Counted from the first letter of the stretch, positions 50,986-61,208 are shown. The stretch: DNA of 64,000 bases from Synechococcus sp. (GCA_051439425.1 JBFRWD010000094.1:1-64000); one strand, 5' to 3'. Notes: a model not told the origin generated them from the sequence alone. Numbers and translations are program-made.

Positions 50986-52473
50986 ATGGGAACCGGAAAC
51001 ACCGCCCCCGAACTCGACAGTATGGCAGTCGACAAGCCGGAAGAAGCCTGTGGAGTATTCGGCATCCTGGCTCCTGAGGAAGAAGTTGCTAAGCTGTCGT
51101 ACTTCGGTCTGTTTGCCCTGCAGCACCGGGGTCAAGAGTCTGCCGGAATCGCCACCTTTGATGGGGACAAGGTTCACGTCCAGAAGGATATGGGCTTGGT
51201 GTCGCAGGTGTTTGACAACGAGAGATTGGCGGACATGACCGGCACCCATGCCATCGGTCACACTCGCTATTCCACGACAGGCTCCAGCCACGTCAACAAC
51301 GCTCAGCCGGTCGTGGTGCCCACCCGATTGGGCACCGTAGCGATCGCCCACAACGGTAATTTGGTGAACGCTGCAGAAATGCGCAAAGCCCTTGCGGATG
51401 CGGGTCGGGAGTTAATCAGCAGTACCGATTCCGAAGGAATTGCTCACGCGATCGCCGAAGAAATCGATGCCGGTGCCGACTGGGAAGATGGCATTATTGC
51501 GGCGTTGAAGCAGTGCCAGGGGGCCTTCAGTCTGGCAATTGGCACCCCCCAGGCTTTGATGGGTACGCGCGATCCCAACGGTATTCGCCCTTTAGTGATC
51601 GGGATTCTGCCCTCCAGTCACCCAGAAATGAACGGCGAGCATGACGCTACCCGTTACGTGCTCGCATCCGAAACCTGCGCTCTAGACATCATCGGAGCCG
51701 AATACGTCCGGTCTGTTGAACCGGGTGAATTAGTCATCATCACAGAAGAGGGGCTGACCTCCCGCCGTTGGGCGGACGCTGCTCCCAAGCTGTGCGTGTT
51801 CGAGATGATTTATTTTGCACGTCCAGACAGTAACGTTCACGATGAGAGTCTGTACGCCTACCGGACGCGTTTGGGGGAAGTGCTGGCCGAGGAATCTCCG
51901 GTAGATGTGGATTGCGTGGTTGCGGTCCCTGACTCCGGTCGACCGGCGGCGATCGGGTTTGCTAACACTCTCCACATCCCTTACATGGATGGCCTAATTA
52001 AGAATCACTATGTCGGTCGTACATTCATCCAACCCACCCAAGCCATGCGAGAACGGGGCATTCGCATGAAGCTGAATCCGCTGCGGGACGTGTTGCAAGG
52101 GAAGCGCATTGTGTTGGTGGATGACTCGATTGTGCGGGGAACCACAAGTCGCAAGATTGTGCAGGCATTACGGGATGCTGGAGCGCTAGAGGTTCACATG
52201 CGTATTTCTAGCCCCCCCGTTACCCACCCCTGTTTTTACGGGATCGACACCGATAACCAAGATCAGTTGATTGCTGCCCAAAAGTCTGTTCAAGAGATTG
52301 AAGACCACATTGGTGTTGACTCTCTTGCTTACCTCAGTTGGGAAGGCATGCTGAAGGCTACCGGACGTAACCCCGAGCATTTTTGCTCTGCCTGCTTCAC
52401 AGGTGATTACCCCATTTCTATTCCCGATCCCCTCAAGCGCACTAAGTTGATGCTGGAAGCTGCGACGCTGTAA
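50986..52473 (+). CDS. purF: amidophosphoribosyltransferase
   Basis: EEACGVFG, LQHRGQESAG, GHTRYST, VDDSIVRGTT. Confidence 0.97.
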   Translation: MGTGNTAPELDSMAVDKPEEACGVFGILAPEEEVAKLSYFGLFALQHRGQESAGIATFDGDKVHVQKDMGLVSQVFDNERLADMTGTHAIGHTRYSTTGSSHVNNAQPVVVPTRLGTVAIAHNGNLVNAAEMRKALADAGRELISSTDSEGIAHAIAEEIDAGADWEDGIIAALKQCQGAFSLAIGTPQALMGTRDPNGIRPLVIGILPSSHPEMNGEHDATRYVLASETCALDIIGAEYVRSVEPGELVIITEEGLTSRRWADAAPKLCVFEMIYFARPDSNVHDESLYAYRTRLGEVLAEESPVDVDCVVAVPDSGRPAAIGFANTLHIPYMDGLIKNHYVGRTFIQPTQAMRERGIRMKLNPLRDVLQGKRIVLVDDSIVRGTTSRKIVQALRDAGALEVHMRISSPPVTHPCFYGIDTDNQDQLIAAQKSVQEIEDHIGVDSLAYLSWEGMLKATGRNPEHFCSACFTGDYPISIPDPLKRTKLMLEAATL

Positions 52474-52540
52474 AACCATCAGTTCGACGGAACCACTTGA
52501 GCAAGAGTGTCCCTTTGCTGCACACCCAGCTACTAGGGCT

Positions 52541-52602
52541 GAGTTCTATTGTCCCCTTCTCCGAATAGGGGAGAAGGGGTGGTGATGAGGGCGAGCGAAC
52601 TC
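52541..52602. repeat. cyanobacterial short palindromic dispersed repeat (CCCCT(T)CTCC..GGAGA(A)GGGG type)
   Basis: gagttc...ccccttctcc-gaatag-gggagaagggg-tggtgatgaggg...gaactc nested hairpin after purF. Confidence 0.6.
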
Positions 52603-52745
52603 AGGTGGTGAGATTGCAGCTAGCCTGCAATTCTGGTGATTTTCTCAGTGCATCCTCATCAAGTTCTAAGCTTGTATCGGTGGGTCAAGCTTAATGATTG
52701 GTTAGGACTTTGATGATCGTTGGGCTACACCTATTGGGGGGTCTT

Positions 52746-54851
52746 ATGCAAATTCGCCTTCCCCAGCCGGGTGCCCAGTCCCATCCGCAGAACTTCTCTT
52801 CGATCGCCCAAACAACTCTGGCAATCGTGCCTGTCCGCAACGAATCTGCAACGATCGCTGATGTGGTGCGTGCGCTGATCGATGGAGGCATTCAACAGGT
52901 GCGCGTTGTTGACAACGGCAGCGCTGACGACAGTGCAGAGATCGCTGCTGCTGCTGGAGCTGAAGTGCTTACAGCACCCATTCCTGGATACGGACAAGCC
53001 TGCTGGCGAGGCCTGCAGACTATCGATCCCCATATCGAATGGATATTGTTTTGCGATGGGGACGGTAGCGACGATCTGGGGCAGCTGGGGGATTTTTTTG
53101 CGGCGAGCAAGACGGCTGATTTTGTATTGGGAGATCGCTCTGCCACTACAGCCGGTTGCCAGAACTTAACTGCTGCGCAGAGGTTCGGCAACTGGTTAGC
53201 AACCACACTCATTCACCTGGGATGGGGATATCGCTATCGAGATTTAGGCCCACTGCGTCTGATTCGTCGGTCGGCTTTAGAGCGGATTGGGATGCGCGAT
53301 CGCGGATTTGGCTGGACGCTAGAAATGCAGGTACGGGCGATCGAAGAGCGGATTCGCATTTGCGAGTTGCCGGTCACCTATCGTCCTCGCCAAGGGGGGG
53401 AGTCCAAGATTTCGGGCTCGCTGATGGGCAGCTATCGAGCAGGAAAGGCGATTTTAGGAAGCTTGGCAGAACTATATTGGCGGCGGTTCTGGAATCTGCC
53501 GAGCGAATCGCTAGGCCTAGACTTGGGGAGATCTACTGTGTGGCTTCCTGCTATGTGGGAATCATGGTTGAGTGGTTTTCTGGTGCTGGTGGGGGCGATC
53601 GCAATGGCTCCCCACGGTGATTTTGCCGCTCAGGGGGTACAGCCACAGTTTTGGGTGGGTGTCACCTTGATGGGGGTTGGGTTCACCCTTACATGGCGGG
53701 AGTTTGTCATTCCCGTATGGCAGTTATGGGGGGTGGCGATCGCGGCCCGTTGTATCTTGCTGGCGATGCATCCTGGGGATGATATCTGGCGATATTTGTG
53801 GGAGGGATGGCTGCAACTGAACGGTTTCAGTCCCTACGACTTTGCTCCCAATGCTTCCGAGCTGGAAACACTCCGCACTGCTTGGTGGAGTTCCATCAAT
53901 CACCCAGATGTGTCAGCAATTTACCCGCCGGTGACGCAATTGGGATTTCGGCTGCTGGCCTGGATACGGCCTTCTGTATTGCTGTTCAAATTAGGGTTCG
54001 TGGTGGCGGATTTAGCTGTCTGCGGATTTTTGGTGCGTTGGTTTGGAGCCAGTCGAGCTGCAGTCTATGCCTGGAATCCGCTCGTGCTCTATAGCTTTGC
54101 CGGAGGAGGTCATTACGACAGTTGGTTTGTGTTGCCGTTGGTGATGGCCTGGGGGATCGTCGATCGCGGTCGTGGAGCCGCGCGCTGGTTGGGGGCATCT
54201 CTGTGTTTGGGCTTCAGCATTGCGGTCAAGTGGGTGTCTCTCCCCCTCTTGGGGTTTGTTAGTTGGCGAGCTTGGCGCGACCGTCATCTTGGATGGGCGT
54301 TGCTGACATTTGTGGTGGGATTGCTGCCGATGGCGATCGCTGCTCTGCCGTTTTGTGCCGATGGTACCTGCCCCCTGATCCCGGTCAGTTCGACGTTTGT
54401 ATCCTACGGACGCAGCGCTGAATTATTCCCTTACATTGCTGGTTGGCTGTGGCCAGTTACCCGCGAATCTAATTGGATATACGGGATTCCCCTGGCGATC
54501 GCAACCCTCGTGCTTATCTTCAAATCCCGGTCTTTTTTGGCGTTTGCCGAACGCTTCTTCCTCGTTTTAATGGTTCTGACGCCAATTGTGCATGCTTGGT
54601 ACTTTACATGGCTGGTGCCGTTTGCTGCCGTCACTCGCCATTGGGGGATTCGCTTGGTGAGTCTTTCGGCGTTTGTCTATTTTGTCCTGCCCCACCGGCA
54701 ATTTATGGGGAATTACGACTGGCTATTATCTGACCCCGAGCGGACTCTTTTGTGGTTGCCATTCGGTGTGGGAATTGCCTACACCACTGGGCGACGATGG
54801 TATGACCGCAGGGCAACCCTCTACAAAGCACAGACCCTCAGCGAACCCTAG
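52746..54851 (+). CDS. fusion protein: GT2 glycosyltransferase + multi-TM GT-C-like transferase
   Basis: N-terminal part: PVRNE, VDNGS.D, GYGQAC, DGDGSD, GWTLEMQ. C-terminal part: DDIWRYLWEG, IYPP, YAWNPL, GH.D, VKW, HAWY. Confidence 0.85.
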   Translation: MQIRLPQPGAQSHPQNFSSIAQTTLAIVPVRNESATIADVVRALIDGGIQQVRVVDNGSADDSAEIAAAAGAEVLTAPIPGYGQACWRGLQTIDPHIEWILFCDGDGSDDLGQLGDFFAASKTADFVLGDRSATTAGCQNLTAAQRFGNWLATTLIHLGWGYRYRDLGPLRLIRRSALERIGMRDRGFGWTLEMQVRAIEERIRICELPVTYRPRQGGESKISGSLMGSYRAGKAILGSLAELYWRRFWNLPSESLGLDLGRSTVWLPAMWESWLSGFLVLVGAIAMAPHGDFAAQGVQPQFWVGVTLMGVGFTLTWREFVIPVWQLWGVAIAARCILLAMHPGDDIWRYLWEGWLQLNGFSPYDFAPNASELETLRTAWWSSINHPDVSAIYPPVTQLGFRLLAWIRPSVLLFKLGFVVADLAVCGFLVRWFGASRAAVYAWNPLVLYSFAGGGHYDSWFVLPLVMAWGIVDRGRGAARWLGASLCLGFSIAVKWVSLPLLGFVSWRAWRDRHLGWALLTFVVGLLPMAIAALPFCADGTCPLIPVSSTFVSYGRSAELFPYIAGWLWPVTRESNWIYGIPLAIATLVLIFKSRSFLAFAERFFLVLMVLTPIVHAWYFTWLVPFAAVTRHWGIRLVSLSAFVYFVLPHRQFMGNYDWLLSDPERTLLWLPFGVGIAYTTGRRWYDRRATLYKAQTLSEP

Positions 54852-54920
54852 AGTTATTCTAAAGTTCTTTTAAGATTGACGCGGTTTCATAAACCTGTAC
54901 AGCCACAGTAGCCATGCATC

Positions 54921-55778
54921 ATGTCACAGATAACGAATCACCTGCGCTCGCTTAGAACTTTGTCTGTTGCTCTGATGGCACCGATTGCACTGGCCAGTTG
55001 CGGTGCGATCGTGGGCAGTGCTTCCGAACCACTGGCACAGGTTGAGGTTGTGCCCGGCACGATCCGCACAGAACTGTATGCAGAGATCTTAGAAACGTAC
55101 GTTGATGATGACGGTCTGGTGGATTACGAGGGCCTGCAGGCCAATCGAGAACCGCTGGATGCATACATTGCAGACCTGGCAGCCTTGGATGACGCCACCT
55201 ACAACTCCTGGACGGACGAGGAGCAAATTGCCTATTGGATGAATGCCTACAACGCCATTACCTTGATGTCGATCGTCGATCGAGATCCCATCCCTTCCAG
55301 CATTAAAGATATTCGTGGTGTGTGGCGGATTCGCCGTCACGAGATTTACGGCGGAGCCAAAACACTTAACGGCATCGAACACGATGTCTTGCGCGTAGAC
55401 TACGATGAACCCCGCCTTCACGCTGCCATCGTTTGTGCTGCTATCAGTTGCCCGCTGTTGCGGACGGAGCCGTTTGTGGGCGAGCGTTTGGACGAGCAGC
55501 TTGACGAGCAGGTGCAAGGCTGGCTAGCAAAAGAAGATGGCTTGTTGATCGACCGCGAAGAAAATGTCGTCTACCTGTCTAAAATCTTTGACTGGTTCAT
55601 CGGTGACTGGGAGCCTAGCTTCGGAGTGGAGGATGGGTTTACCGGAAATGACGAACAGCGGGCCGTGCTTAACTTTGTCAGCCAATACGTTGATGAGAGC
55701 GATCGCGAGTATTTGGAGGCCGGTGAGTACGATGTCAAGTACTTTCACTACGACTGGAGCTTGAACGTACAGTCGTAG
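54921..55778 (+). CDS. DUF547 domain lipoprotein
   Basis: Lipobox LASC, G.VDY, AYWMNAYNA, IEH..LR...EPRLHAAIVCAAISCP, SKIFDWF, YDWSLN. Confidence 0.9.
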   Translation: MSQITNHLRSLRTLSVALMAPIALASCGAIVGSASEPLAQVEVVPGTIRTELYAEILETYVDDDGLVDYEGLQANREPLDAYIADLAALDDATYNSWTDEEQIAYWMNAYNAITLMSIVDRDPIPSSIKDIRGVWRIRRHEIYGGAKTLNGIEHDVLRVDYDEPRLHAAIVCAAISCPLLRTEPFVGERLDEQLDEQVQGWLAKEDGLLIDREENVVYLSKIFDWFIGDWEPSFGVEDGFTGNDEQRAVLNFVSQYVDESDREYLEAGEYDVKYFHYDWSLNVQS

Positions 55779-55790
55779 GGAGGGAGTTAT

Positions 55791-55880
55791 TGGTCACTAG
55801 TCACTGGTCATGGGTCATTAGTCATGGGTTACTGTTCTCTACGAAGGACGAAGGACGAAGGACAAAGGACCAATGACAAA
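55791..55880. repeat. heptamer tandem repeats (STRR-like) in two oppositely oriented arrays
   Basis: tggtcac tagtcac tggtcat gggtcat tagtcat ... acgaagg x3 acaaagg accaatg. Confidence 0.8.
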
Positions 55881-55964
55881 ACCAAACCATTGCTGACTAC
55901 CTGAAAGAGTCCTGCCCGATATTGAGTAAGCTCGGAAGCGGTAGCTCTTTCGGGAGAATAGCTT

Positions 55965-56738
55965 GTGGCTCGGCTAAATGACTCGATTGTGTTGGTGACG
56001 GGGGCCAGTAGCGGTATTGGTGAATCTTGTGCGCGAGAGTTTGCGCGGGCTGGGGCCAAGCTGCTGTTGGCGGCGCGGCGAGTTGAGAAGCTACAAGAGT
56101 TGGCTCGGATGTTGCAGGCGGAATTTGGCTGTTCTACGCATGTCATGCAATTGGATGTGTGCGATCGCCCTGCGGTTGAAGCGGCGCTGTCTTCGCTGCC
56201 CGATGATTGGCAGGCGATCGATATTTTGGTGAACAATGCCGGTCTCAGTCGCGGGCTGGACAAGCTGCAGGAAGCTGAGTTTCAAGATTGGGAAGAGATG
56301 ATCGACACCAATATCAAGGGGTTGCTCTACGTGACTCGCCTGGTGGTGCCGGGGATGTTGGAGCGCAATGCCGGTCATGTGATTAATATTGGCTCGACTG
56401 CCGGTCACGAGGCCTATCCTGGCGGCAGCGTTTATTGCGCGACTAAGTTTGCGGTTAAGGCCATCACCCAAGCACTTAAAAAAGACCTGCATGGTAGTCC
56501 GATTCGCGTATCATCGGTCGATCCGGGGTTGGTGGAAACAAACTTCAGCAATATTCGCTTTCGGGGAGACACCGATCGCGCCGCCAGTACCTACGACAAC
56601 ATGACTCCCCTAACTCCCGATGACGTGGCCGAAATCGTCGTGTTTTGCGCCAGTCGCCCCGCCCACGTCAATATCGCCGATGTCATTGTCATGCCCACCG
56701 ATCAATCGGCTGCAACGATGGTCTATCGCCATAGTTAA
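55965..56738 (+). CDS. SDR family oxidoreductase (YdfG-like)
   Basis: TGASSGIG, NNAG, YCATK, DPGLVET.FS. Confidence 0.92.
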   Translation: MARLNDSIVLVTGASSGIGESCAREFARAGAKLLLAARRVEKLQELARMLQAEFGCSTHVMQLDVCDRPAVEAALSSLPDDWQAIDILVNNAGLSRGLDKLQEAEFQDWEEMIDTNIKGLLYVTRLVVPGMLERNAGHVINIGSTAGHEAYPGGSVYCATKFAVKAITQALKKDLHGSPIRVSSVDPGLVETNFSNIRFRGDTDRAASTYDNMTPLTPDDVAEIVVFCASRPAHVNIADVIVMPTDQSAATMVYRHS

Positions 56739-56847
56739 ATGAGATCGTTCGATTCTAAGAATTCCCTGAGAGGGTCTGCTAGAGCGGGAAAAGAAACTTA
56801 GGCTAGCAAGCAATCGATGTCCCTGTGATGTGTGTGAGTAGTTTGCT

Positions 56848-57756
56848 ATGGTCCTCCGTTCTACTGCTTTGCTGACTGGTCTGGCCTGTTCCGTAGGTGC
56901 CGTTTGCTGGTTGGCTCCGGCGATCGCCCAACCCCAAGCCGTCGAGTTTGAAACCCAGGCCATTTCCGACAACATCCACGTCTTAATTAACGGTGGTGGC
57001 AATGTGGGAGTTTTTACCGGAGATGACGGTGTCTTTTTGATTGACGATAGTTTGGCTCCTGCAACGGAACAGTTGTTGGCGGCAGTGGCAGAGATTAGTG
57101 ACAGCCCGATCGAGTACGTCATCAATACCCATTGGCACTTCGATCACACCGGAGGTAACGAAGCACTTGGAGAAACTGGCACACTGATTGTGGCTCACGA
57201 CAACGTGCGAGAACGCATGAGCGTGGATGTCTTCTTGGAGAGCATCAACCAAGAATTTCCCGCCTCGCCTGATGTTGCTTTGCCAGTGATTACCTTCAAC
57301 GACTCTGTTACGTTTCACCTCAATGGTGAATCCGTGAATGTCTTTCATGTCGAGGGGGCGCATACGGATGGAGATGCGATTGTCCACTTCCCGGACTCCA
57401 ACGTCATTCACATGGGAGACACCTACTTCAACGGGTTTTACCCTTTCATCGACCTTGAAAGTGGTGGTTCTCTGGATGGTGTTATTGCGACAGCTGACCA
57501 GCTAGTAGCGCTGGCTGACAGCGACACCACGATCGTTCCCGGTCACGGTCCGCCCTCGAATGTTGCTCAGCTCGAAATCTATCGCAACATGCTGGTGGAC
57601 GTGCGCGATCGCACTTCGGAAGCCATTGCTGATGGCATGACTCTCGATGAATTCCTGGCGTCCGACCCTACCGCCGATTTGGATGATGCTTGGGGTGGTG
57701 GATTTATGAACCCGGAGAGCTTCCAAACGATTGTGTATACCGATCTGTCTAACTGA
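56848..57756 (+). CDS. secreted MBL-fold metallo-hydrolase (cyclase-like)
   Basis: Signal peptide, NTHWHFDHTGGN, AHTDGD, HMGD, PGHG. Confidence 0.88.
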   Translation: MVLRSTALLTGLACSVGAVCWLAPAIAQPQAVEFETQAISDNIHVLINGGGNVGVFTGDDGVFLIDDSLAPATEQLLAAVAEISDSPIEYVINTHWHFDHTGGNEALGETGTLIVAHDNVRERMSVDVFLESINQEFPASPDVALPVITFNDSVTFHLNGESVNVFHVEGAHTDGDAIVHFPDSNVIHMGDTYFNGFYPFIDLESGGSLDGVIATADQLVALADSDTTIVPGHGPPSNVAQLEIYRNMLVDVRDRTSEAIADGMTLDEFLASDPTADLDDAWGGGFMNPESFQTIVYTDLSN

Positions 57757-57810
57757 GTTTGGCGATCTCGCTGTCCGCTTTGGCTGTGTGGTTGGAAGGA
57801 TATGACGGAT

Positions 57811-57912
57811 ATAGCAATCCGCTGCAAGGTCTGGAGTGTCAAGACCGCTGAAAGCTTTGATTCACCAGAAACACGATTCGAAAACTCTCTATAGCGGATA
57901 GCTGAATGCTAT
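57811..57912 (+). repeat. dispersed ~102-bp element with terminal inverted repeats (MITE-like), copy 2
   Basis: atagcaatccgctgcaagg...ctctatagcggatagctgaatgctat. Ends are ATAGCA/TGCTAT in an AT/TA context. Confidence 0.75.
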
Positions 57913-57916
57913 ATGT

Positions 57917-59434
57917 CTACAAGTCCAGCTTGCGGATGGCTTCGCGAGCGATCGTTTCCGTCCAGCGCGGTTCCCCTTTGGCACGATCGACCTGCTCTTG
58001 TACAACTTGCTCGATGCCGCCGTCCCCCCAACTGCCATCTTGTTTGAAGTACTCGATAAAGCTGCGACCGGCGATGCGAGTCAGGTATCCGGCACTGGCG
58101 GCCTGAATAGGGGCCGTAACTACAAACCCCACCAGCGTCACTTCCGCCATCGTGGCCACAATCCCGGTCATGAGTTGAATGCTGCCCTCCACAAGCCCCA
58201 TCCCCGCCAAGGTTTTGGCCAACGAGTAAGCTAATTCCTTCCCCCGGGCCAGGTTGAGCTTGCAGCCATATACACCGCCAATTTCCACCACCATCTGGGC
58301 ATTGATGGCCGCTGTTGCCAGTAAATCCACCACGGGCAGTGGGTTAGCAAACACTGCTGCTGTCACAATCCACTGGAATTTTTCGACAACCTTCTCGGCT
58401 TCTTTCTCCAGTTGCTGACCCAAAATCCGCTTGGCTTCTGCGCTTAATTGTCGAGACTGCAACAAGGCATTATCGAGGATGAGCGATCGCCCTTCTTCTC
58501 TCAACACCACTTGTATACGAGCTTTCAAGTCCCCAACGCTAGGGTCGATGGGATAGGTCTGTCCTGCCACCACGATCGGCTTTGGGTTTGCCGAGGCCAG
58601 GATGACGTCTTCAGTGGCGATCGCCCCGCGTACCCGCTCTCGTAATTGGGCCAAGAGTTGTTCTTGCTCTAATTCGGTGTATTGGTCTGATTTATTGAGT
58701 ACTAGCAGCGATCGTTTCCCTAACTCCGCCAGTGTCATGAGCGGCTCGTATTCCGACTGACGCAGATCTCCGTCAACGACAAAGATGAGTAAGTCAGCCG
58801 TCACCGCCTGCGCTTGAGCTTCTCCCTCCCGTTCGGCCCCCTCAGTGCCTGCCTCCAAAATTCCAGGACTATCCAAGATTTCGATGGGGTCTTTGATTCC
58901 GGATAACTCCCAGCGGTAAAGGGCGGAGGTGGCGGTACTGCCCATGGCGGCTCCCACTTCTCCGACGGTTTTGCCCAACAGTGCGTTGATGGTGGATGTT
59001 TTGCCGGATGAGCCAGTGCCGAACACCACAATTTTGACGCGCTGGTTGTCCAGATTTTTGTCGATTGCTTTGGCCTGAGCGGCGATCGCCTCGCGAGCCA
59101 CTTCATCTTCAATGTCGTTTAACTGTTGCCGAACGGTGTCTAAATTATCGCGGGCCGCAGTTGTTTTTTCGTTAGCGCTCTTGGGCTCTGGCGGGAGTGT
59201 TGCTTGTTTCTGGCTATGGTTCGGTTGACGGAGCACGGCCACAAGAAAATATCCGGCAGCTAGCAGGCAGGCTAAGAGCAGTATGACCAATACGCCGACT
59301 AGCAGGTTCGTGACGAAGGGGTTGAAGCCAACTGCTTGAATCAGATCGAGAAATGTCCGAATGAGCCACACCAGCAAGCCGACAAAGACGCCAAATAGCG
59401 CCACGTAAATTGCCAGTTTGAAGTACAGCGGCAT
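57917..59434 (-). CDS. Era-like GTPase with DUF697/YcjF domain
   Basis: Two N-terminal TM helices, GTGSSGKTS, DSPG, NKSD, NPLPVVDLLA. Confidence 0.87.
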   Translation of the reverse strand: MPLYFKLAIYVALFGVFVGLLVWLIRTFLDLIQAVGFNPFVTNLLVGVLVILLLACLLAAGYFLVAVLRQPNHSQKQATLPPEPKSANEKTTAARDNLDTVRQQLNDIEDEVAREAIAAQAKAIDKNLDNQRVKIVVFGTGSSGKTSTINALLGKTVGEVGAAMGSTATSALYRWELSGIKDPIEILDSPGILEAGTEGAEREGEAQAQAVTADLLIFVVDGDLRQSEYEPLMTLAELGKRSLLVLNKSDQYTELEQEQLLAQLRERVRGAIATEDVILASANPKPIVVAGQTYPIDPSVGDLKARIQVVLREEGRSLILDNALLQSRQLSAEAKRILGQQLEKEAEKVVEKFQWIVTAAVFANPLPVVDLLATAAINAQMVVEIGGVYGCKLNLARGKELAYSLAKTLAGMGLVEGSIQLMTGIVATMAEVTLVGFVVTAPIQAASAGYLTRIAGRSFIEYFKQDGSWGDGGIEQVVQEQVDRAKGEPRWTETIAREAIRKLDL

Positions 59435-59834
59435 ACCGAACTCCGCAGAAGCAGATGCATCGATAGAATAACTCCAACCATCCAGGGTTGTATGGCGTTG
59501 CTGATGTTTGTGGATGCGATAGCGGCTTCAGGTGTTTGGACGATGTGAAAAAACGTTGGCCGATGCTGAAGTAGAGGGAAGCGTACTCACTACTGTTGAC
59601 ATGCACTCTTTGTGGATAATTTGGGCGGGTTGCTGGCAGACAGCGCTCAGTGTCTATGCCAGTCATCGCAAGGCAATCGGCCAATCTGCTATGCTGGGCC
59701 GAATACTTGTGAAAACTTCACATACGCCTGTGCTAGTTGAGGCGTATGGGCGGTTGTCCCACCTACGTAGTACGGGTGGGCAGCTACCATAGAGGAGCAC
59801 ACTGACAAGTTTAGGCTTTAACGCGGTACCCCAA

Positions 59835-60989
59835 ATGACCAATCGAGATCCCCGCGATCCTAACTCTCGCCCACCCCAGCGGCCATCCCAGCCCCCCCGA
59901 TATCCGCAGGGCTCGCAGCCCCCCAGATATCCACAGGGGTCGCCGCAACCCCAACAGCCTAGACCTCAACAGCCCAACCCCCAACAGCCCAGACCCCAGC
60001 AATCGGGCTCCCAACAATCCTCCGGCCAGCCCTACCCACCTAGGCAGGGGGCAGGCTACCCACCCCAGCAACGACCTCCCCAGCAACGGTCTCCCCAGCA
60101 GCGACCTCCACAACCGCGCTCTCCGCAACAACCTCCCCAACAGCGCCCTTATCAGCCGGGTTCTTATCAGCCGAATAGTGGCCAACAGCCCCCTTATCCG
60201 CCTCAGCCGATGCGCCAGCGTCAGCAGGAGCCCGTTCAGCGAGACTATAAAGAACGGGAAGTGCGCCGGTTTGAAGCGCTGCCCACCCCCGATATCGCCT
60301 ATCGCACCGACACTCAGACCGAGGTGGGGACCGACTCTGGCTCGAACTTGGCGAACTTTAAAAAACGTGCCGGTGCGTTTGCGATCGACTTTGGAATTGG
60401 CCTCGGTGCATCCTATTTCGCTCAAGGATTGGCTGCGATGGTCGGTGCTGGGCCCGAGGCTGTTGCGTTGATGGGCTACGGAACCTTTTTCGGTACCTGG
60501 CTGGTGAACCGTGCGTACGGACAAGCCACCACTGGTCAAAGTATTGGTAAATGGGCGCTCAACATTAAAACCGTCGATACCCAAACCGACGAGCCCCCCT
60601 CTCTCATCCGTTCTGTTGCGCGAGAAGGGGTGTCCTCATTACTAATTGCCACCGAAGCACTGGGTGTACCGCTGGTGGCTGATAGCCTATTTGCTGTCTT
60701 TGACAAAGAGAAGCGTCAGAGTTTGCACGATCGCGCTGCTCGCACTCAAGTGGTGAACTGCGAAGAAGGCTACCAGCTAGATGCCAAACTTTCCGAATTC
60801 CTGGAAGAGGGTGAAGGGGGCGAGCTAGTAGAGGACATTCGCGGTGCCCTTGGAGACCTAGTTTCCCAAGCTCAAGAGGATGATGCCATCCGCGATGTCA
60901 GCAAAAATGCCAGGAAGATGAGCAAGCAAGCTGGCAAGCAAATGCGCAACTGGGTTGAAAATGTACAGGATAAGTTAGATAATCTGTGA
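59835..60989 (+). CDS. RDD family membrane protein with Pro/Gln-rich N-terminus
   Basis: KRAGAFAID, GQSIGKWAL.IK.V, RQSLHDRAART.VV. Confidence 0.85.
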   Translation: MTNRDPRDPNSRPPQRPSQPPRYPQGSQPPRYPQGSPQPQQPRPQQPNPQQPRPQQSGSQQSSGQPYPPRQGAGYPPQQRPPQQRSPQQRPPQPRSPQQPPQQRPYQPGSYQPNSGQQPPYPPQPMRQRQQEPVQRDYKEREVRRFEALPTPDIAYRTDTQTEVGTDSGSNLANFKKRAGAFAIDFGIGLGASYFAQGLAAMVGAGPEAVALMGYGTFFGTWLVNRAYGQATTGQSIGKWALNIKTVDTQTDEPPSLIRSVAREGVSSLLIATEALGVPLVADSLFAVFDKEKRQSLHDRAARTQVVNCEEGYQLDAKLSEFLEEGEGGELVEDIRGALGDLVSQAQEDDAIRDVSKNARKMSKQAGKQMRNWVENVQDKLDNL

Positions 60990-61013
60990 TCGCGTCTTAA
61001 AACTGAGAAACCC

Positions 61014-61208
61014 ATGGCTAAAGCGAAGGGCGTTCGCCTGGTGATTACGCTGGAATGCACCGAATGCCGCACCAACTCCAACAAGCGGTCTAACGGTGTG
61101 TCTCGTTACACCACCACCAAGAACCGCCGCAACACTACCAACCGGCTAGAGCTGAAAAAGTTCTGCACCCACTGCAACACCCACACGGTTCACAAAGAAA
61201 TCAAGTAA
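61014..61208 (+). CDS. rpmG: 50S ribosomal protein L33
   Basis: ITLECTEC...[27 protein letters not shown]. Confidence 0.97.
   Translation: MAKAKGVRLVITLECTECRTNSNKRSNGVSRYTTTKNRRNTTNRLELKKFCTHCNTHTVHKEIK

Noticed and set aside
59811..60584. 257-aa Leu/Gly-rich minus-strand ORF
   Set aside because: It is the antisense shadow of the Pro/Gln-rich RDD gene.
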